64,000 nucleotides of DNA. Origin: Octopus vulgaris. Taxonomy: Eukaryota. Position 1 is the stretch's first letter; every line of letters starts with the position of its first letter. Below, piece by piece: positions 41,026 through 56,135 of the stretch. Under the pieces are notes generated by a model. It saw only the letters and a list, made by a program, of their open reading frames with translations, searched no databases and was not told the origin of the DNA. The stretch is taken from NCBI GenBank assembly GCA_951406725.2, contig OX597822.1:44082001-44146000 (forward strand). Direction: 5' to 3'. The translations under genes and the position numbers were made by a program.

Positions 41026-41563
41026 TACACGCATATAAATATATTCCTCACAGTTTCTCTTTACCAAATTCCCTCACAATACATTGGTCGGTTAGTGGCT
41101 ATAGCAGGAAACACTTGCCGCAGGGTGTCCCGCAGGAACTGAACCTGAAACCACAAGGCGGCAGAACATGCCTGTGCCTACCGTGTCATACACTGTATCA
41201 TATAATTTCTCTTTGACACATAGTTCATCTACGATTTTTTTCTTCAATGTCATTCCGTGTTTAATTTCTGTTTTTTGATGACCACAGGGTGTTATTTGAA
41301 GAGAGATTTAGCTACTATTTCGAGCACTTCTACCCACTCGTTAGTGATTCCTTGATCTGTTCGATCCATAAGATATAAAGTTAAATAATTATGTGCATGT
41401 GAAAAGTCAATCACTCACTGTATTATCGATACCAACAGGCGATGGATGATTACAGTTTCTGCAATGATTTGTAGCTATCGATAATTTACATCTGGCTTGA
41501 GATTTATCATTGTTAGATCTACCGTAAAAATATATCGATCTCTCAATACACGATACACATATG

Positions 41564-41568
41564 CAGTA

Positions 41569-41629
<61 letters not shown>

Positions 41630-41632
41630 AAG

Positions 41633-41664
<32 letters not shown>

Positions 41665-41800
41665 GTAGTAGTGGCCTTGATGGTGATGGTAGGCGGTGTC
41701 CCAGTAGTAGTAGTGGTGGGGGTGGTAGTAATAATAGTAGTAGTGAAGGTGGTGGTAGTGGTGGTAGTAGCAGTAGTAGCATTATTAGTAATTAGTATTA
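41564..41800. repeat. Compound (GTA)n(GAA)n(GTG/GTA)n microsatellite
   Basis: Direct inspection. Confidence 0.9.
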
Positions 41801-42061
41801 ATATTAGCATTATTAACATTAGTGACCGGAATTCTAGTGTTGGGTTTCGGACTCCAAGAGTGAAAACTAACATCATATTCTCCGTCCTAGAAAGATAAAA
41901 ATTATGTTTAAAAATATGGACGTCATTCCTAGAAACTTTCAGTGATGCATTGAAACACTTCTTCTGACCATCTAGATGCATCGTGTCGTGCAGTCGGATG
42001 CATTTTGTGGTGCACCTATACTTTATGTTGCAGATAGATATTTCTAGTGCTGCAGTTATAT

Positions 42062-42330
42062 ATACGAGGGGGTGTTGAAAAGTTCCTGGCTTTAAGGTTA
42101 TCGTCTGGTTGGAGGCCCAACATTCTGAGTTTACAGCACTATATATATATATATATATATGTCTGTGTGTGTACATGCAGGAGGGATGCTGAAAAGATCC
42201 TGGCTTTATGAGTATTGCCAAAGGCCTTGTTGGACGATCAACCTTCCAGATTCTTCTACAAGGCTTAGAAAAACTGAAGGACCGATGTAATAAGTGTTTG
42301 AATCTGAGAGGAGATACAGATTGACCTCCA
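42062..42330 (+). mobile_element. Mariner-derived fragments
   Basis: TIR tacgagggggtgttgaaaagttcctggctt (twice); C-terminal peptide FLQGLEKLKDRCNKCLNLRGD. Confidence 0.65.
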
Positions 42331-42499
42331 TCTTCGGTCACTTGATGAACGCCACAGGTCCAAATAACTATGAAAACCATGGATAAATGTCATCTATAAC
42401 TGTCCTTCTCTAAATCTATAGGCGTATATTTAGATTGATCCTATCCGCTCATACAATTCCGCCACACTCACTGATTTCTCAGTGAATGCATTTAAGGAA

Positions 42500-43400
42500 T
42501 GTATCTCTGTATCCACCGTCGCCATCTTTTTGAACTGAAACTCGAAAAGTATCTGCCATTAGGTCTTCCATCTATATTTACCAGAAAACGTCTTTCATTA
42601 TTGTCACAAGAAAAGAAATCTATCTTCATTACCCGATCAAAGTTGGGTAGTTGAACAACAATCACGATGGAGGTTTTTTTTTTATTTGCCTCAAGAAACA
42701 CAGATAAAGAGAAAGTTAGGAATAACAACTAGAAAACTGGTGAGCGGAGGATTACACATTATTTATGAAAAATCACAAGGCATGTAAAGGGACATTATGT
42801 AGAAATAAATGAATGAAGACATCCCAATTAAGGAAAAGTTATCTATTGGGATAAGATGAATTTCATTATCAATTGCCAGTGTGTTGTTGCAGTGATTTCT
42901 CCGGGCCAGCTTATAGATGTAGCTTGGATGCAGGTGCATTCACGCAGGCTAATCACATCAGTTGTACTGACATATCAATAAGTGCAGTGTATGGGGGCTA
43001 CAGCATATTTTACTCTCACAGTTTTCTCCAAATGGAACTCGAAGGGGTTGATGAGGGCTTCGCCGAAGAGCAAACATTCTGCTTTTATTTCTTTTAATCA
43101 TGACCAGCATAATGACGCCTTTAACCATAACTACCAAACGGCAAAACTGCCTCACTTCTTGACTAAGAAAAAGCACAGAAAGGTAACTTGTCACGACTAC
43201 TGTCTTAACAATCCAGATCCATTGACACTAAACAACAGATCTTCTGCTAAATTCAATGTATTCAACCTAACATTTTAGTCGCCTGGATGTAGGGCTTGCA
43301 GTATAGTCGACAAGGTAAAGTGCTTGGTGCTATAAGAAATGATCTTCTAATAACCATTAACGAAGCTTTACCAGTGACTTGAGGTTATTTCTCTATAAAT
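42500..43400 (+). pseudogene. Possible highly degraded Helitron PIF1 helicase remnant
   Basis: Broken-frame fragments RDIM..DIP, QLPV, SAFISFNH..FNH..KLP in the expected order; weak. Confidence 0.3.
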
Positions 43401-43660
43401 GAAAGCATCTCAAAGATCACAGAGCTAATATACATAAGTGTGAAATATTGAGTAATGGAGTGGTAGTTTATTAAAATTGTAATTAAAAATATAAACACTA
43501 CACAATGGCACGAGTATCCTTTTCTTTCCGTTGTGCTACATTTAAACGAATAATATATAAGTGCTTAAGTGCGTGTGTATATATGTATATATATATATGT
43601 ATATGCATATGTATATATACATATATATGTATGTATATGTATATATATATATAGGCGTGT

Positions 43661-43727
<67 letters not shown>

Positions 43728-43891
43728 TGTATGTATGTATGCATGTATGTATGCCTATATATATATGTGATGTGTATATATATATCAGCATATACATTTA
43801 GCGCACTTATGTATGACTATCCACAAACTATACGAACACACACACGCAACACACAGACACACACACATATATATATAAATATACATATAAG

Positions 43892-43991
<100 letters not shown>

Positions 43992-44890
43992 GTGTGTGTG
44001 TGTGTGTGTACTTACATGCATATATGTGTGTGTATCTGTGTGTAAAGAGAGATAGACAGTTATGCACATATATGTGTATATGTATGTGTGTATCTATCTA
44101 TCTATCTATCTATCTACCTATCTATCCATCTATCTATATGTCTGTCTGTCTATATATTTATCTATCTATCTTACTATCTGTATTTCTATCTGTCTGTCTA
44201 TCTATATATATGCATATATGTTTGTGCGTATATGTGTCAATGTGTATTTGTGTAGTTATGCTTATGCTTACATATACACATATATGCATATATATATATA
44301 TGTGTGTAATATATATATATATATATACATACATATATATATATATATACATATATACACATACATATATTTATATATATATGCACATGTATATATAAAC
44401 ATATGCATATATATATATATACATATATATATGTGTATACACACACATATATATATACATACACAAAAAAATATATATATATACATATAAATGTATGTGA
44501 ATGTAAATGCAGGGTGTGAACTGCGTGCATTGAAAATGTTTTAGGCTTATGATAGCTAACATCAGATATATTGGTTTCTAACAGAGAATGATTGAACGGG
44601 AGAGTGACGTAAATGGAATATTCTCTGAAATCCCAGCAGAGAAGCACGGTACAAAAGAATAACATCAACAACAACAACAGCAACAACAACAATAACAACA
44701 ACAACAACAACAGCAGCAGCAGCAACAACAACACCAACAACACTATTAACAACAATAACAGAAACAAACATAAGAAACAACAACACAATAAAAACAATAC
44801 AACAAAAGAAAATATTAATCAGGCGAAATTCGAGAAATATTATAAATGAAATATAAATACATATAAAACTTACATACACACACACACATA

Positions 44891-44969
<79 letters not shown>

Positions 44970-45225
44970 GTGTGTATATATGAATGTGAACATATGTATG
45001 AATGTATGAATGTATGAATGATTTTCTGTACGCAGGAATATAAAAAAACGCCATTTTGAGAACTCGAGAATATTAAAGTCATTCAAGTTATAAAAGTAAT
45101 AGAAGAAAACAGAGTATTAAATTAGAATACGATCGTATATTTAATTTCTTATGCACACACACACACAGACACACAGAAATACATACATATATATACATAT
45201 ATACATATACGTACTTACACACATA

Positions 45226-45267
<42 letters not shown>

Positions 45268-45268
<1 letters not shown>

Positions 45269-45538
45269 GTACTTATATACACACATATATATGTACACAT
45301 ACATGCACACATACATAGACATCTATACACATACATACATATTTTTACAGTTGTATATATGTATCTACTTTTACATAATACATATATATACATATGTGTG
45401 TGTGTATGTGTGTGTGTGAGTGCCTGTTTCATATGTGCGTAAGTACGTATATATAGATATGTATATATATATATATATGCGCATAAATACATATGTATAT
45501 AAATATATATATATGCATATACTTATAAATATATGTAC

Positions 45539-45572
<34 letters not shown>

Positions 45573-45845
45573 GTACTTATATACACACATATATATGTAC
45601 ACATACATGCACACATACATAGACATATATACATATACATACATATATTTACAGTTGTATATATGCATGTACTTTTACATCATACATATATATACATGTG
45701 TGTGGGTGTGTATGTGTGTGTGTGGGTGCGTGTTCATGTGTGCGTAAGTATGTATATATAGATATGTATATATATATATATATGTATACCATAAATACAT
45801 ATGTATATAAATATATATATATATGCATATACTTATAAATATATG

Positions 45846-45850
<5 letters not shown>
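45268..45850. repeat. ~300-bp tandem duplication of a microsatellite-rich unit
   Basis: cgtacttatatacacacat..tttacagttgtat..gcatatacttataaat at 45268 and 45572. Confidence 0.8.
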
Positions 45851-45924
<74 letters not shown>

Positions 45925-46154
45925 TTGTATGTATGTACATATGTGTGTTTATATACATATCAATATTTTTTTAATGTATTGAGTACTTTATTGAAAAGCG
46001 GTCTTCTTGATTATCTGAAGATCATGAAGCGTACATACATTCGTATGCATACATGTATATATGTTTTTGTTTGTGTGTGTGTGCGTGCGTTTATGTATAT
46101 ATCAAGCTATCTATCAATGGATACATACACACGCATGGACACGCATATAAATAA

Positions 46155-46820
46155 TCTTTTCTACTCTAGGCACAAGGCCTCAAAATTTTGGGGCACGCAG
46201 CCAGTCGATTAGATCGACCTCAGGACTCAGCTGGTACTTACTTTATCGACCCCGGACGGATGAAAGGCAAAGTCGACTTCGGCGGAATTTGAACTCAGAC
46301 CGTAACAGTAGACGAAATACCTATTTCTTCACTACCCACAAGGGGCTAAACATAGAGAGGACAAGCAAGGACAGAAAAACGGATTAAGTGCGTAACTGGT
46401 ACTTATTTAATCGACCCTGAAAAGATGAAAGGCAAAGTCGACCTCGGTGGAATTTGAATTCAGAACGTAGCGGCAGACAAAATACCGCTAAGCATTTCGC
46501 CCGGCGTTCTAATGTTACTACCAGCCCGCTGCCTTGAAAATAAGTGTTCTTTTTTAATCTAGGCACAAGGATCAAAATTTTGGTGGAGGGGGCTAGTCGA
46601 TTAGATTGACTCCAGTGCGCAACTGGTACTTACTTTATCGACCCCGAAATTTGAACTCGGATCGCAACAGCAGCCGAAATACTGTTTAAGATTTCGCCCG
46701 GCGCGCTGACGATTCTGCCAGCTCACCGCCTTACAAACATATAATTATTTATTATTTTATTGCTCACAGGGGGATAAACATAAAGAGGACAAACAAGGAC
46801 AAAAGGAGTAAAATGATTAC
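46155..46820 (-). mobile_element. Cluster of family B SINEs
   Basis: Three to four reverse-complement modules. Confidence 0.85.
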
Positions 46821-46825
46821 AATTG

Positions 46826-46949
<124 letters not shown>

Positions 46950-47746
46950 CATGTACATATATATTCATATATATATGCATACACACACATAGACACGCAT
47001 ATATATATAATATATTAATAAATGAAACATATGCATATATATATATACATATATGTACGTGCCTATCTCTACATGTATATATACACGCATATATGAGTAC
47101 AGGCACCAAAAAAACGTCAAACACAATGAGAAACGAAAACATAGACACAAACCCAAGGAACTGGACATTTTTCTGAAACAACAAAAAAATAGAGTACAGG
47201 ACAAATAACACAAGGAAAAAACTCCTTCTTCAGTCGCCATGGTTTCATCCACTCTACGTTTCGAAGGTGAAGGCGAGACGTATCTTTGATAGAAACTTTC
47301 CTTCTTGCGAAAAGCAAATCAAATAAAATTTGAGATCTTTTTGCAGAGGGGTAAAAGTGGTAACAAAAACAGGACAGTAACGACAGTACAAAATATAAGC
47401 AATAAAAGACAGGGCAAGGAAAATAACAAGACAAGAAGGGCTGTTAAGCCGAACGAAAAAAGTATTACGAACGCTATTTCTGTGAACGGCGAAGGGAGCA
47501 AAGAAAATTGCCGTCCACACCTGAAGAAGGTCAGGCGAGAAAGAAGATTGCAAGGCTTTCGTCGCGGGTTAACGGCGGGAGGGAGGAAGAGGAGTAAGAG
47601 AAAGGGAGAGAAGAAAGGGGAATGATTGTGAGGAAACCAGAAAGAATGAAGAATGAGAGAGAGGGAGAGACAGTTAAGTAGAAGAAAAGGAAATCAAAGA
47701 ATGAAGGCAGAGAAAGGGAGGGGACAGAACGGTTAAGAGTACACGC

Positions 47747-47812
<66 letters not shown>

Positions 47813-48200
47813 ATGGCTGTGTGGTAAGTAGCTTGCTAACCAGCCACATGGTTCCCGGTTCAGTCCCACTGCGTGGCATTTTGGGCAAGTGTCTTCTGCT
47901 ATAGCCCCGGGCTGACCAATGCCTTGTGAGTGGATTTGGTAGATGGAAACTGAAAGAAGCCTGTCGTATATATGTATATATATATATGTGTGTGTGTGTG
48001 TTTGTGTGTCTGTGTTTGTCCCCCTAGCATTGCTGGTGTGTTTACGTCCCCGTCACTTAGCGGTTCTGCAAAAGAGACCGATAGAATAAGTACTGGGCTT
48101 ACAAAAAATAAGTAGCGGGGTCGATTTGCTCGACTAAAGGCGGCGCTCCAGCATGGCCGCAGTCAAATGACTGAAACAAGTAAAAGAGTAAAAGAGAAAA
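47813..48200 (+). mobile_element. Full-length family A SINE
   Basis: tggctgtgtggtaagtagc A box, cggttcagtccc B box, tail aaaagagt. Confidence 0.85.
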
Positions 48201-48413
48201 GAGTATATATATATATATATATATATAAAGAATCTCTATATATAGAGATAAACAGTAGCTGAACGACAACGTAAAGTATATTTGCCACATTTAGGTGGCA
48301 TGTATTCTTCACGCGCGCGCGCATACACACACATACACACACATATATATACAGTAGAAATTCGGCTTTCGAACAACTCTGATCACGAATAAAATGTACT
48401 TTATATATGTATG

Positions 48414-48447
<34 letters not shown>

Positions 48448-48449
48448 TG

Positions 48450-48570
<121 letters not shown>

Positions 48571-49200
48571 ACGATTTATTCGCGATCTGTATGTGTAACT
48601 TTTAAAATCTCGTCAACACTTTTCTTATATTCTTTATGATGAGGAGCTTGTGTTCAAAACATTGTGCAGTTTTTTACTCATTTCCCAAAATATATGAGTA
48701 TACATGCATGCATATATATATATATATATAAATTAAAATCTTGCCATGTATTTTATCACATGTAAATCTTTACAGTATGTGTTTTTGGCCTGCTGCTCGT
48801 TAAATTTCAGTATCACGTAGCTAGCTTATCATTGAATTATATAATATAACGTGAAATATCCATTGCGTACAGGGAAGGATTACAATATATCTGTTTTGAC
48901 AATGTAATTGTAATCATGGATTAAAGGTTTATCATAGAATTATTGTGGTTATCTACATTCTCATCATTAACAACGTGGATCTTATATCTAAGTCCATCCG
49001 GATTAATCCTCAACATTAATCCATAATCTATTTCTTTTGTTTTGCTTAGTTTTATAGCTTATATATTAGTGTATGTGTAAAGTATCTATATGTGTATTCA
49101 TGTATTTTAAGGAAAATATAAAATGTGTTTGCTTATACATATTCACATACTTACATATGTGTGGGCGTGCGTTTGCGTATGCGCGCTGTATATGTATGAA

Positions 49201-49269
<69 letters not shown>

Positions 49270-50002
49270 CATATGGCTTGGTTTTGCGCTAAGAACTTTT
49301 CTTCCTAACCATAAGGTTCCCGGTTCAGTCGGAATGTGCTTGAAACCTTGGCAAGTGTTCTCTGCTATATCATCTGGCCGATCACATCGTTGTGGGTGGA
49401 TCTGGTAGATGGAAACTGAAAGAATCCTGTCGTATAGAGACGTATACGTGGGAGACGGGGTGTGTGTTTATGTGTTTTTGTGTCTGTGTCCCACATTAAT
49501 TTGTGACAACTGGCGTCGGCTTTTTCTATGTGCCCCTCACATTGCGGTTCGTTAAAATTAACCGATATAATAAATAATAGGCTTGAAAAGTATGCGCTAA
49601 AATTCGTTCGACTAATAAAGTTTCCAGAAGGTGCCCCAGCATGTCAGAAGTAAAATATGATGCAAAAGACAAAAAGGAAAAAAGTATACATTGGCGCAGG
49701 CGTGGTTGTGTGGTAAGAAGCTTCCTTCCCAACCACATGGTTCCGGGTTCAGTCCTACTGTGTGGCGCCTTGAGCAAGTGTCTTCTACTATAGCCTCGGA
49801 GTAACCAAAGTCTTGTGAGTAGATATAGTTGACAGAAACTGAAAGAATCCAGTCGGTTTGTTCGACTAAAAGTGGTACTCCATCATGGCCGCGGTCAAAT
49901 GACTGGATCAAATAAAAGAATAAAAGAATAAATCTATCCATCCATCCATCCATCTATACATCCATACATATATGTATGCATATATGGTGTGTGTGTGTGT
50001 TC

Positions 50003-50043
<41 letters not shown>

Positions 50044-50048
<5 letters not shown>

Positions 50049-50254
50049 GCAAATGTAATATGTGACAATTATTTCGTAGCCATCATAAAACTCCGAGTTT
50101 CGGATGCCGAGGTGAAATCCACGCCATTTTTCATAGCATTTTTCCGATGGCCGGATCACTGAAGAGATGGCAGCGTTGATTTCCACCTCGGCATCCGAAA
50201 CTCGGAGTTTTATCATGGCTACCGAATGATTGTTACATATTACATTTACAGATA
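50044..50254. repeat. Fold-back element (~80-bp arms) containing a hammerhead-like motif on + (50154-50214)
   Basis: 50044-50124 pairs with 50173-50254; GATCA-CTGAAGA-GATG..CATCC-GAAA-CTCGGAG-TT-TTATC. Confidence 0.7.
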
Positions 50255-50581
50255 AATTCCTCTATTTACATAATATCGAGGTCTCCTTCTTTCTTTTGTT
50301 GTCTTACCATTTTTATCAATATATATATAACAAGTTAATAAATAAAATATATGCATACATACATATATGTACATACCTACATCTATATGTATATTAACAT
50401 GCATATATGGGTACAGGACAACACAAAAAGAAACCGTAGGACACACAGCGAGAAACGAAGACATAGAAACAAAACAAGGAAACGGACTTTTTTAACAAGG
50501 AAAAAACAGAGTACAAGACATACAACACAAGAAACATTTCTCTTCTTCAGCTGCCGCTGTTTCGACTTATTGCATGTTTCG

Positions 50582-50700
<119 letters not shown>

Positions 50701-50970
50701 TTTTTCAAAAGGATGCCATATAATACTATTCCACATATACAAAAACAGCCATACCAACAAAACAGCATACCTTCACCATCAGCTATCCCACGGGTATCAA
50801 TATGGTTTCTACACCTGGGCAGTATTATTCAATCCGGCGGTGTCAACAGCGCTAACATAAGTGTCGCTTGGAGCAAATAAACGAAAGAAACCACAACTTT
50901 CAAACACATTTACTCTATGTACAGCAGTGTCGTTAAATAAATATTCAATAATTAAATATATATATATGTA

Positions 50971-51013
<43 letters not shown>

Positions 51014-51015
<2 letters not shown>

Positions 51016-51271
51016 ACATTGTTTTTCTCACTATAACATGGCTGTTCTATACATAAATGTGGTATTACATTTTAACCCTAGGAAAACGTCTTTCCCAGCT
51101 GGTTAACGAGACAAAACCTGTGTCCGATAATATATTGTGAGTAAGGGAGCGAATCACAATATATCTGACACAGGCTGTGTATCCAGCTGCAAAAAAACGT
51201 TTACCTGGAATTAAAATGTCGTAGCACATTTCTGTACAGAAAGGCCATATAATGACAAAAAGAAAATGTTA
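51014..51271. repeat. ~258-bp imperfect palindrome (fold-back/MITE-like)
   Basis: cctgtgtccgataatatattgtga / tcacaatatatctgacacagg, with pairing extending to taacatt / aatgtta. Confidence 0.8.
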
Positions 51272-51335
51272 ACGTCTTGTATTTTCATTACTTATATATC
51301 GTTTAGAGATTTTAGAACTAGCTACTTTTTGCAAA

Positions 51336-51412
<77 letters not shown>

Positions 51413-51439
51413 TGCATATATATGTTGATTACATGCACA

Positions 51440-51765
51440 TACGAAAGGGTGCTGCTCTTCCCGAATATCTCCGATCTTGTATTTAAATTGAAACTTTAGT
51501 TATACAAATTTTTTAAGATTATCATTTCCTTCGATCTGCAGAGATCACCGTAGTTGCTTATATTTTTGTTGAGTTCTGGTTGTTCGATGATAATCTATTA
51601 TATTATATGCCATATTCTGAATTTCTTACGTTTAATTTCTAAATTCAGTCAGCTATGTTTTTTTTTCTGCTAGGTTTATATTCATGTCTAGCAGAAGAGA
51701 ATATATTAACATAGAATCTTTGCTTAAATTTCCTTTGTTGCATTGATGTAGGTTTATTTCACATC
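51440..51765 (-). mobile_element. PLE GIY-YIG endonuclease remnant
   Basis: TYINATK/FKQRF..GDLCRSKEMII..LNTRSEIFGK. Confidence 0.7.
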
Positions 51766-52734
51766 TTCATGCTTTGTAAGCGTGCTATGAAAAGCCTTAG
51801 CACAAGAAATTCCAGGCCTTTTCAAATATAGCAATATTTGATAACGCAGCCTCCAACTATAAGAATGTTTTACGAGCTAGCAGGCTCGAAGATAAAATTA
51901 GCATCCCTCCCTCAATACAGCATACACGATAGAATTAACTTCTCTTCTTCAATACAGCATACACACTAAATAAATCGGGACCCGTTTTACTCAATGCTTG
52001 TTTTTATATAACAGGGAGTAACCGAAGCCTTATAAAAACAAACATTTTTTTTTCATCCGTGCATGCAAAAGTGTTGTATGAAACGAGATGAAAATTACCT
52101 ACAGCTGCACCACGAACATGAACCGTCTTGAATTTTTAATCGAATGGATCGACCACCGTGCTGTTTTTTGAAAAAAATCTGGTACCTATTTCATCAGTTA
52201 GAGGCTGGTTTGAACTAACAAAACATAAGTAGATGCTAGAAAACAAATATACGCATACACTTACATATATTTATGCATAAATGGTTGTGTAGTAAGAAGC
52301 TTGCTTCCCAACCACATGGTTCTGGGTTAAGTCGGGCTGACCAAATCCTTGTGAGTGGATTTGGTGGACGGAAACTGAATGAAACCCGCCGTGTATCTAT
52401 ATGTATATGTGTGTGTGTGCTTTTGTGTCTTTGTTTGTCCCCCGACCACTTGACAACTCGTGTTTATGACCCCGTAACTTAGCGGTTCGGTTTTATGACC
52501 GACAGAATAAGTACTATAAGTACTAGGGACGATTTGTTTAACTAAAAGACGGTAATCCAGCATGGCTGTAGGCAAATGACTGAAACAAATAAAAAAATAA
52601 ATGTTTGCATGCACGTACGTACGGTGGAATATAAGTATGTACGTTTCTATCTAACTATCTATATATCTCTTATCTATTTGTCTGTCTATCTATCTATCTA
52701 TTTAACTATCTATCTATCCATCTATCTATCTATC

Positions 52735-53185
52735 ACTTGAAAAGGAAAGTGAGAGTAGAGAAGCAAGTTTTATCTAGCAAATATTTCAAAAAGAGATGGG
52801 CGAATGTTGCAAGGATGGCACGTATGATTGACAAAGCCACTTTGAGCGTAATCATATGAACCCGGAAAAATTTTAAACAGAGAGTTACTTACTTGCAAAT
52901 AAATGTGTTAACATGCGACATTAATGACCGAGGTCTTTTCCGTAGGCTTTTCTTTCCATGGATAAAACTTATCTGCTTCCACCTCTACACTTTACATCAT
53001 GACATTTCTGTGATACACGATCCCTACTGACCGTTTTTTCTTTTCTTTTTTTTTCTTTTTATTTCTTTTTACGATCCCTTTTGATCGAAAACCTAGCCCA
53101 CTTTATTATTTTTCTCCCCAAAAAGAAAAGTTCTACTTTGTAATCTGTCTCGTCTGTGTCCAGCCCCGTGTGGCTAAAAAAGAAA

Positions 53186-53188
<3 letters not shown>
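52735..53188 (+). mobile_element. Second Tx1-type LINE 3' fragment within (TCTA)n
   Basis: Homologous to the reverse complement of 33163-33665 (cttgaaaaggaaagtgagagtagag..gtggctaa.aaagaaacat). Confidence 0.88.
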
Positions 53189-53224
<36 letters not shown>

Positions 53225-53272
53225 CTCTGTCTCTCTGTCTTTCTCCTTCTATCTATCTATCTATCTAACTAT

Positions 53273-53388
<116 letters not shown>

Positions 53389-53583
53389 CTGTGTAGCAAT
53401 ATAAATACAAAAAGTTCATATGAAAGGTTCTCGTTTTCTCGTGGTAAATAACGCAGTATTGTGTGTTCTAACACAACATCCACTTCTAAGTGGAGATACT
53501 TATTACCGTTTGGCACTACAACTGCTTCTGTCGCTATTAAAGACTGTCTAGTCTTCTCTTTCTTGTCTGCCCCTTCTACCTTT

Positions 53584-53645
<62 letters not shown>

Positions 53646-53819
53646 CAGAGAGAGACAGAGAGAGATTGGGAGAGGAAGGGCAGAGAGTGAAACAAAGTGA
53701 TGAAAATGAATAGCGAGGTCATGTACTTCATGACAAATATCTAATATGAAATACTATACGTGCCTGTTCGTCGCAAACATATCTATGGTTGCACACTTGG
53801 TGTTGGGTTGAATGTACGA

Positions 53820-53880
<61 letters not shown>

Positions 53881-54240
53881 TATATATACACACACGCACA
53901 TATATGTGTGCGCACACACACACACAGATATATATATATATATATATATAAATATATGTGCGTGCACATATATATACATATGTGTGTGTATATATATATA
54001 TGCATGTGTTTGTGTTTGTGTCTGTGTTTTTATGTAGTGTGAACCTGTGATCTAAGCACTCGTGTCCAGTAATATTTTGGTCTTATCAAAAGGAATTGAT
54101 TCAAAGGAAAAAAACTGAAAGCCTCTTATAGTTAACGTATTTCTACGCGAGTAAATTACTTCGAAAATATTCTACAAAAGTTTTCACCCATTAATTTTTC
54201 CTAATTGCTCTTTTATTTTAATCCTTAAAATTATAAAATA

Positions 54241-54556
54241 AAAAGATACAGATACAGAAATAATTTTAGTCTCAAGCGCTGGATAATGATAATAATATAA
54301 GATGAACAGGATAAATTACCCATATTTTGCAGAAAAATCTGTCGGCAGCCAGCCACGAGACTCGAACATCTCTGTGATTACGCGTCTCGTGCTTTACCAT
54401 TAAGCTAAACTGACCCAACGAGAGGGATGTGGTTCGAGTCTCATGGCCGGTCGCTGACATTTTTCTGCAAAATATGAATAGTTTATCCTGTTCATGCTAT
54501 ATTATTAGCATTATCCTGTGTTTGAGAATAAAAGTATTTCCTTATCTGTATTTTTC
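54241..54556. mobile_element. Palindromic element with a tRNA-derived head at its centre
   Basis: Arms ..atgaacaggataaa..catattttgcagaaaaat / atttttctgcaaaatatg..tttatcctgttcat; minus strand 54348-54415 has tagcttaatggtaaagc and gttcgagtc. Confidence 0.75.
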
Positions 54557-55041
54557 AATACATCTCAACGCTTATAAAGCAAACTTTGTTTGTTGACATT
54601 CAACGTAAGTTGAATATAATATGAAATAAAAGATTATGAATGGGGCATTCATAGAAATCTCCGCTAGCATTTCTGCAAGAATGTTTTCCGATTGAAGATT
54701 TGGAAGATTGATGTCCAAAACTTATTCACTTTTGTAACCGTTCCCTTCCAGTGTCGCATCCCTCCTAAATCTAAATTCTTATAATCTACCTTTCACATCT
54801 TGATTCTTCTGTTGTTCGACTGTGGCCATACTAGGGCACAACGGTGAAAGGTCTTTGTCAAATAGAAGGACCCTAGTGGTTATTTTTAAATCTGCTACTT
54901 ATTCTGTTGGTTTATATTCTCGAACCGCTAAGGTGAAAGGACATAAATATATCGATACCGGTTGTCAAGCAGCAGTGGCGACAATCGCTGACAAAGATAC
55001 GCATCCTCACGTGCGCAAATACATACATGCCTACATATCTA

Positions 55042-55116
<75 letters not shown>

Positions 55117-55320
55117 AAATCTATCTATCTATCTATCTATCTATCCCTCTACGTATATTTATATGTATATATATATATGTGTATATATATGCATGTATAT
55201 ATATATGTATATATATATGTATATATCTATATATACATGTACATATACATCTATATACATATACACACATATATAGATATAGATATACATAAATATATAT
55301 ATATACATAAATATATAAGA

Positions 55321-55354
<34 letters not shown>

Positions 55355-55851
55355 AAATCGGCAGATAGATGATACGCACACACATGAGCTGCATCGGCCG
55401 TTGGCTTTTAAATGTGTTCGAATGTTGTGGTTCATGCATTCACCAGATGAAAACAGGTTTACTAATGATGTTATGTCTCCCTTAATTAATTAATTAAAAT
55501 TCGAGGGAAACAGCTGTAGTAAATCGACACATTATCCATCTGTTGTTATCTCTTTATTAATTATTCAATGCGCTCGAAATCTCATCCTCACGTGACCCAA
55601 AATATATCATGGGCCATACATTTCGTACCATATGCGTTTTTTGATTAGCCGCAGGGCTATCGATATCATTCGGTCGGGTACAGTTAATCGTGTACATAAC
55701 CTAGATATCTTTCAGTAGCTGCGTACGTATTCCTCTGTGTGTTTTTTTGTTTTTTTTTTGTGAATACATTTTACTTTTCACTCGTGCCGGTGCCTTACTA
55801 TTTAAGTGCCTGTATCCTGATCTATTATATATACGTACATACATGTATATA

Positions 55852-55961
55852 TACGAGGGGTGTATGGAAAGTCTGCAGCTTCAAAAATACAAACCATAGA
55901 ACAACACTTCTGATGAAAGTACAAGACTTCAAGGCTCAAAAGTTTTCATACACCCCTCGTG
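55852..55961. mobile_element. Miniature mariner-type MITE
   Basis: TIRs acgaggggtgtatggaaagt / agttttcatacacccctcgt. Confidence 0.75.
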
Positions 55962-55975
55962 TGTATATATGTATG

Positions 55976-56135
<160 letters not shown>

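Noticed and set aside
41475-42380. 301-aa Thr/Ser-rich ORF resembling a mucin
   Set aside because: Made of mariner fragments plus trinucleotide microsatellites; no evidence of a gene
47221-47270. CCTTC-GAAACGTA...CTGAAGAAGG on the minus strand as a type II hammerhead
   Set aside because: No stem I pairing, and stem II would consume core nucleotides
48636-48670. Hammerhead-like remnants here and at ~40040, ~56285 and ~60140
   Set aside because: Multiple core or stem I mismatches; cannot be distinguished from chance without a family consensus
54348-54415. Functional tRNA gene
   Set aside because: Anticodon and T stems are disrupted and it is embedded in a palindromic repeat; SINE heads elsewhere were rejected for the same reason
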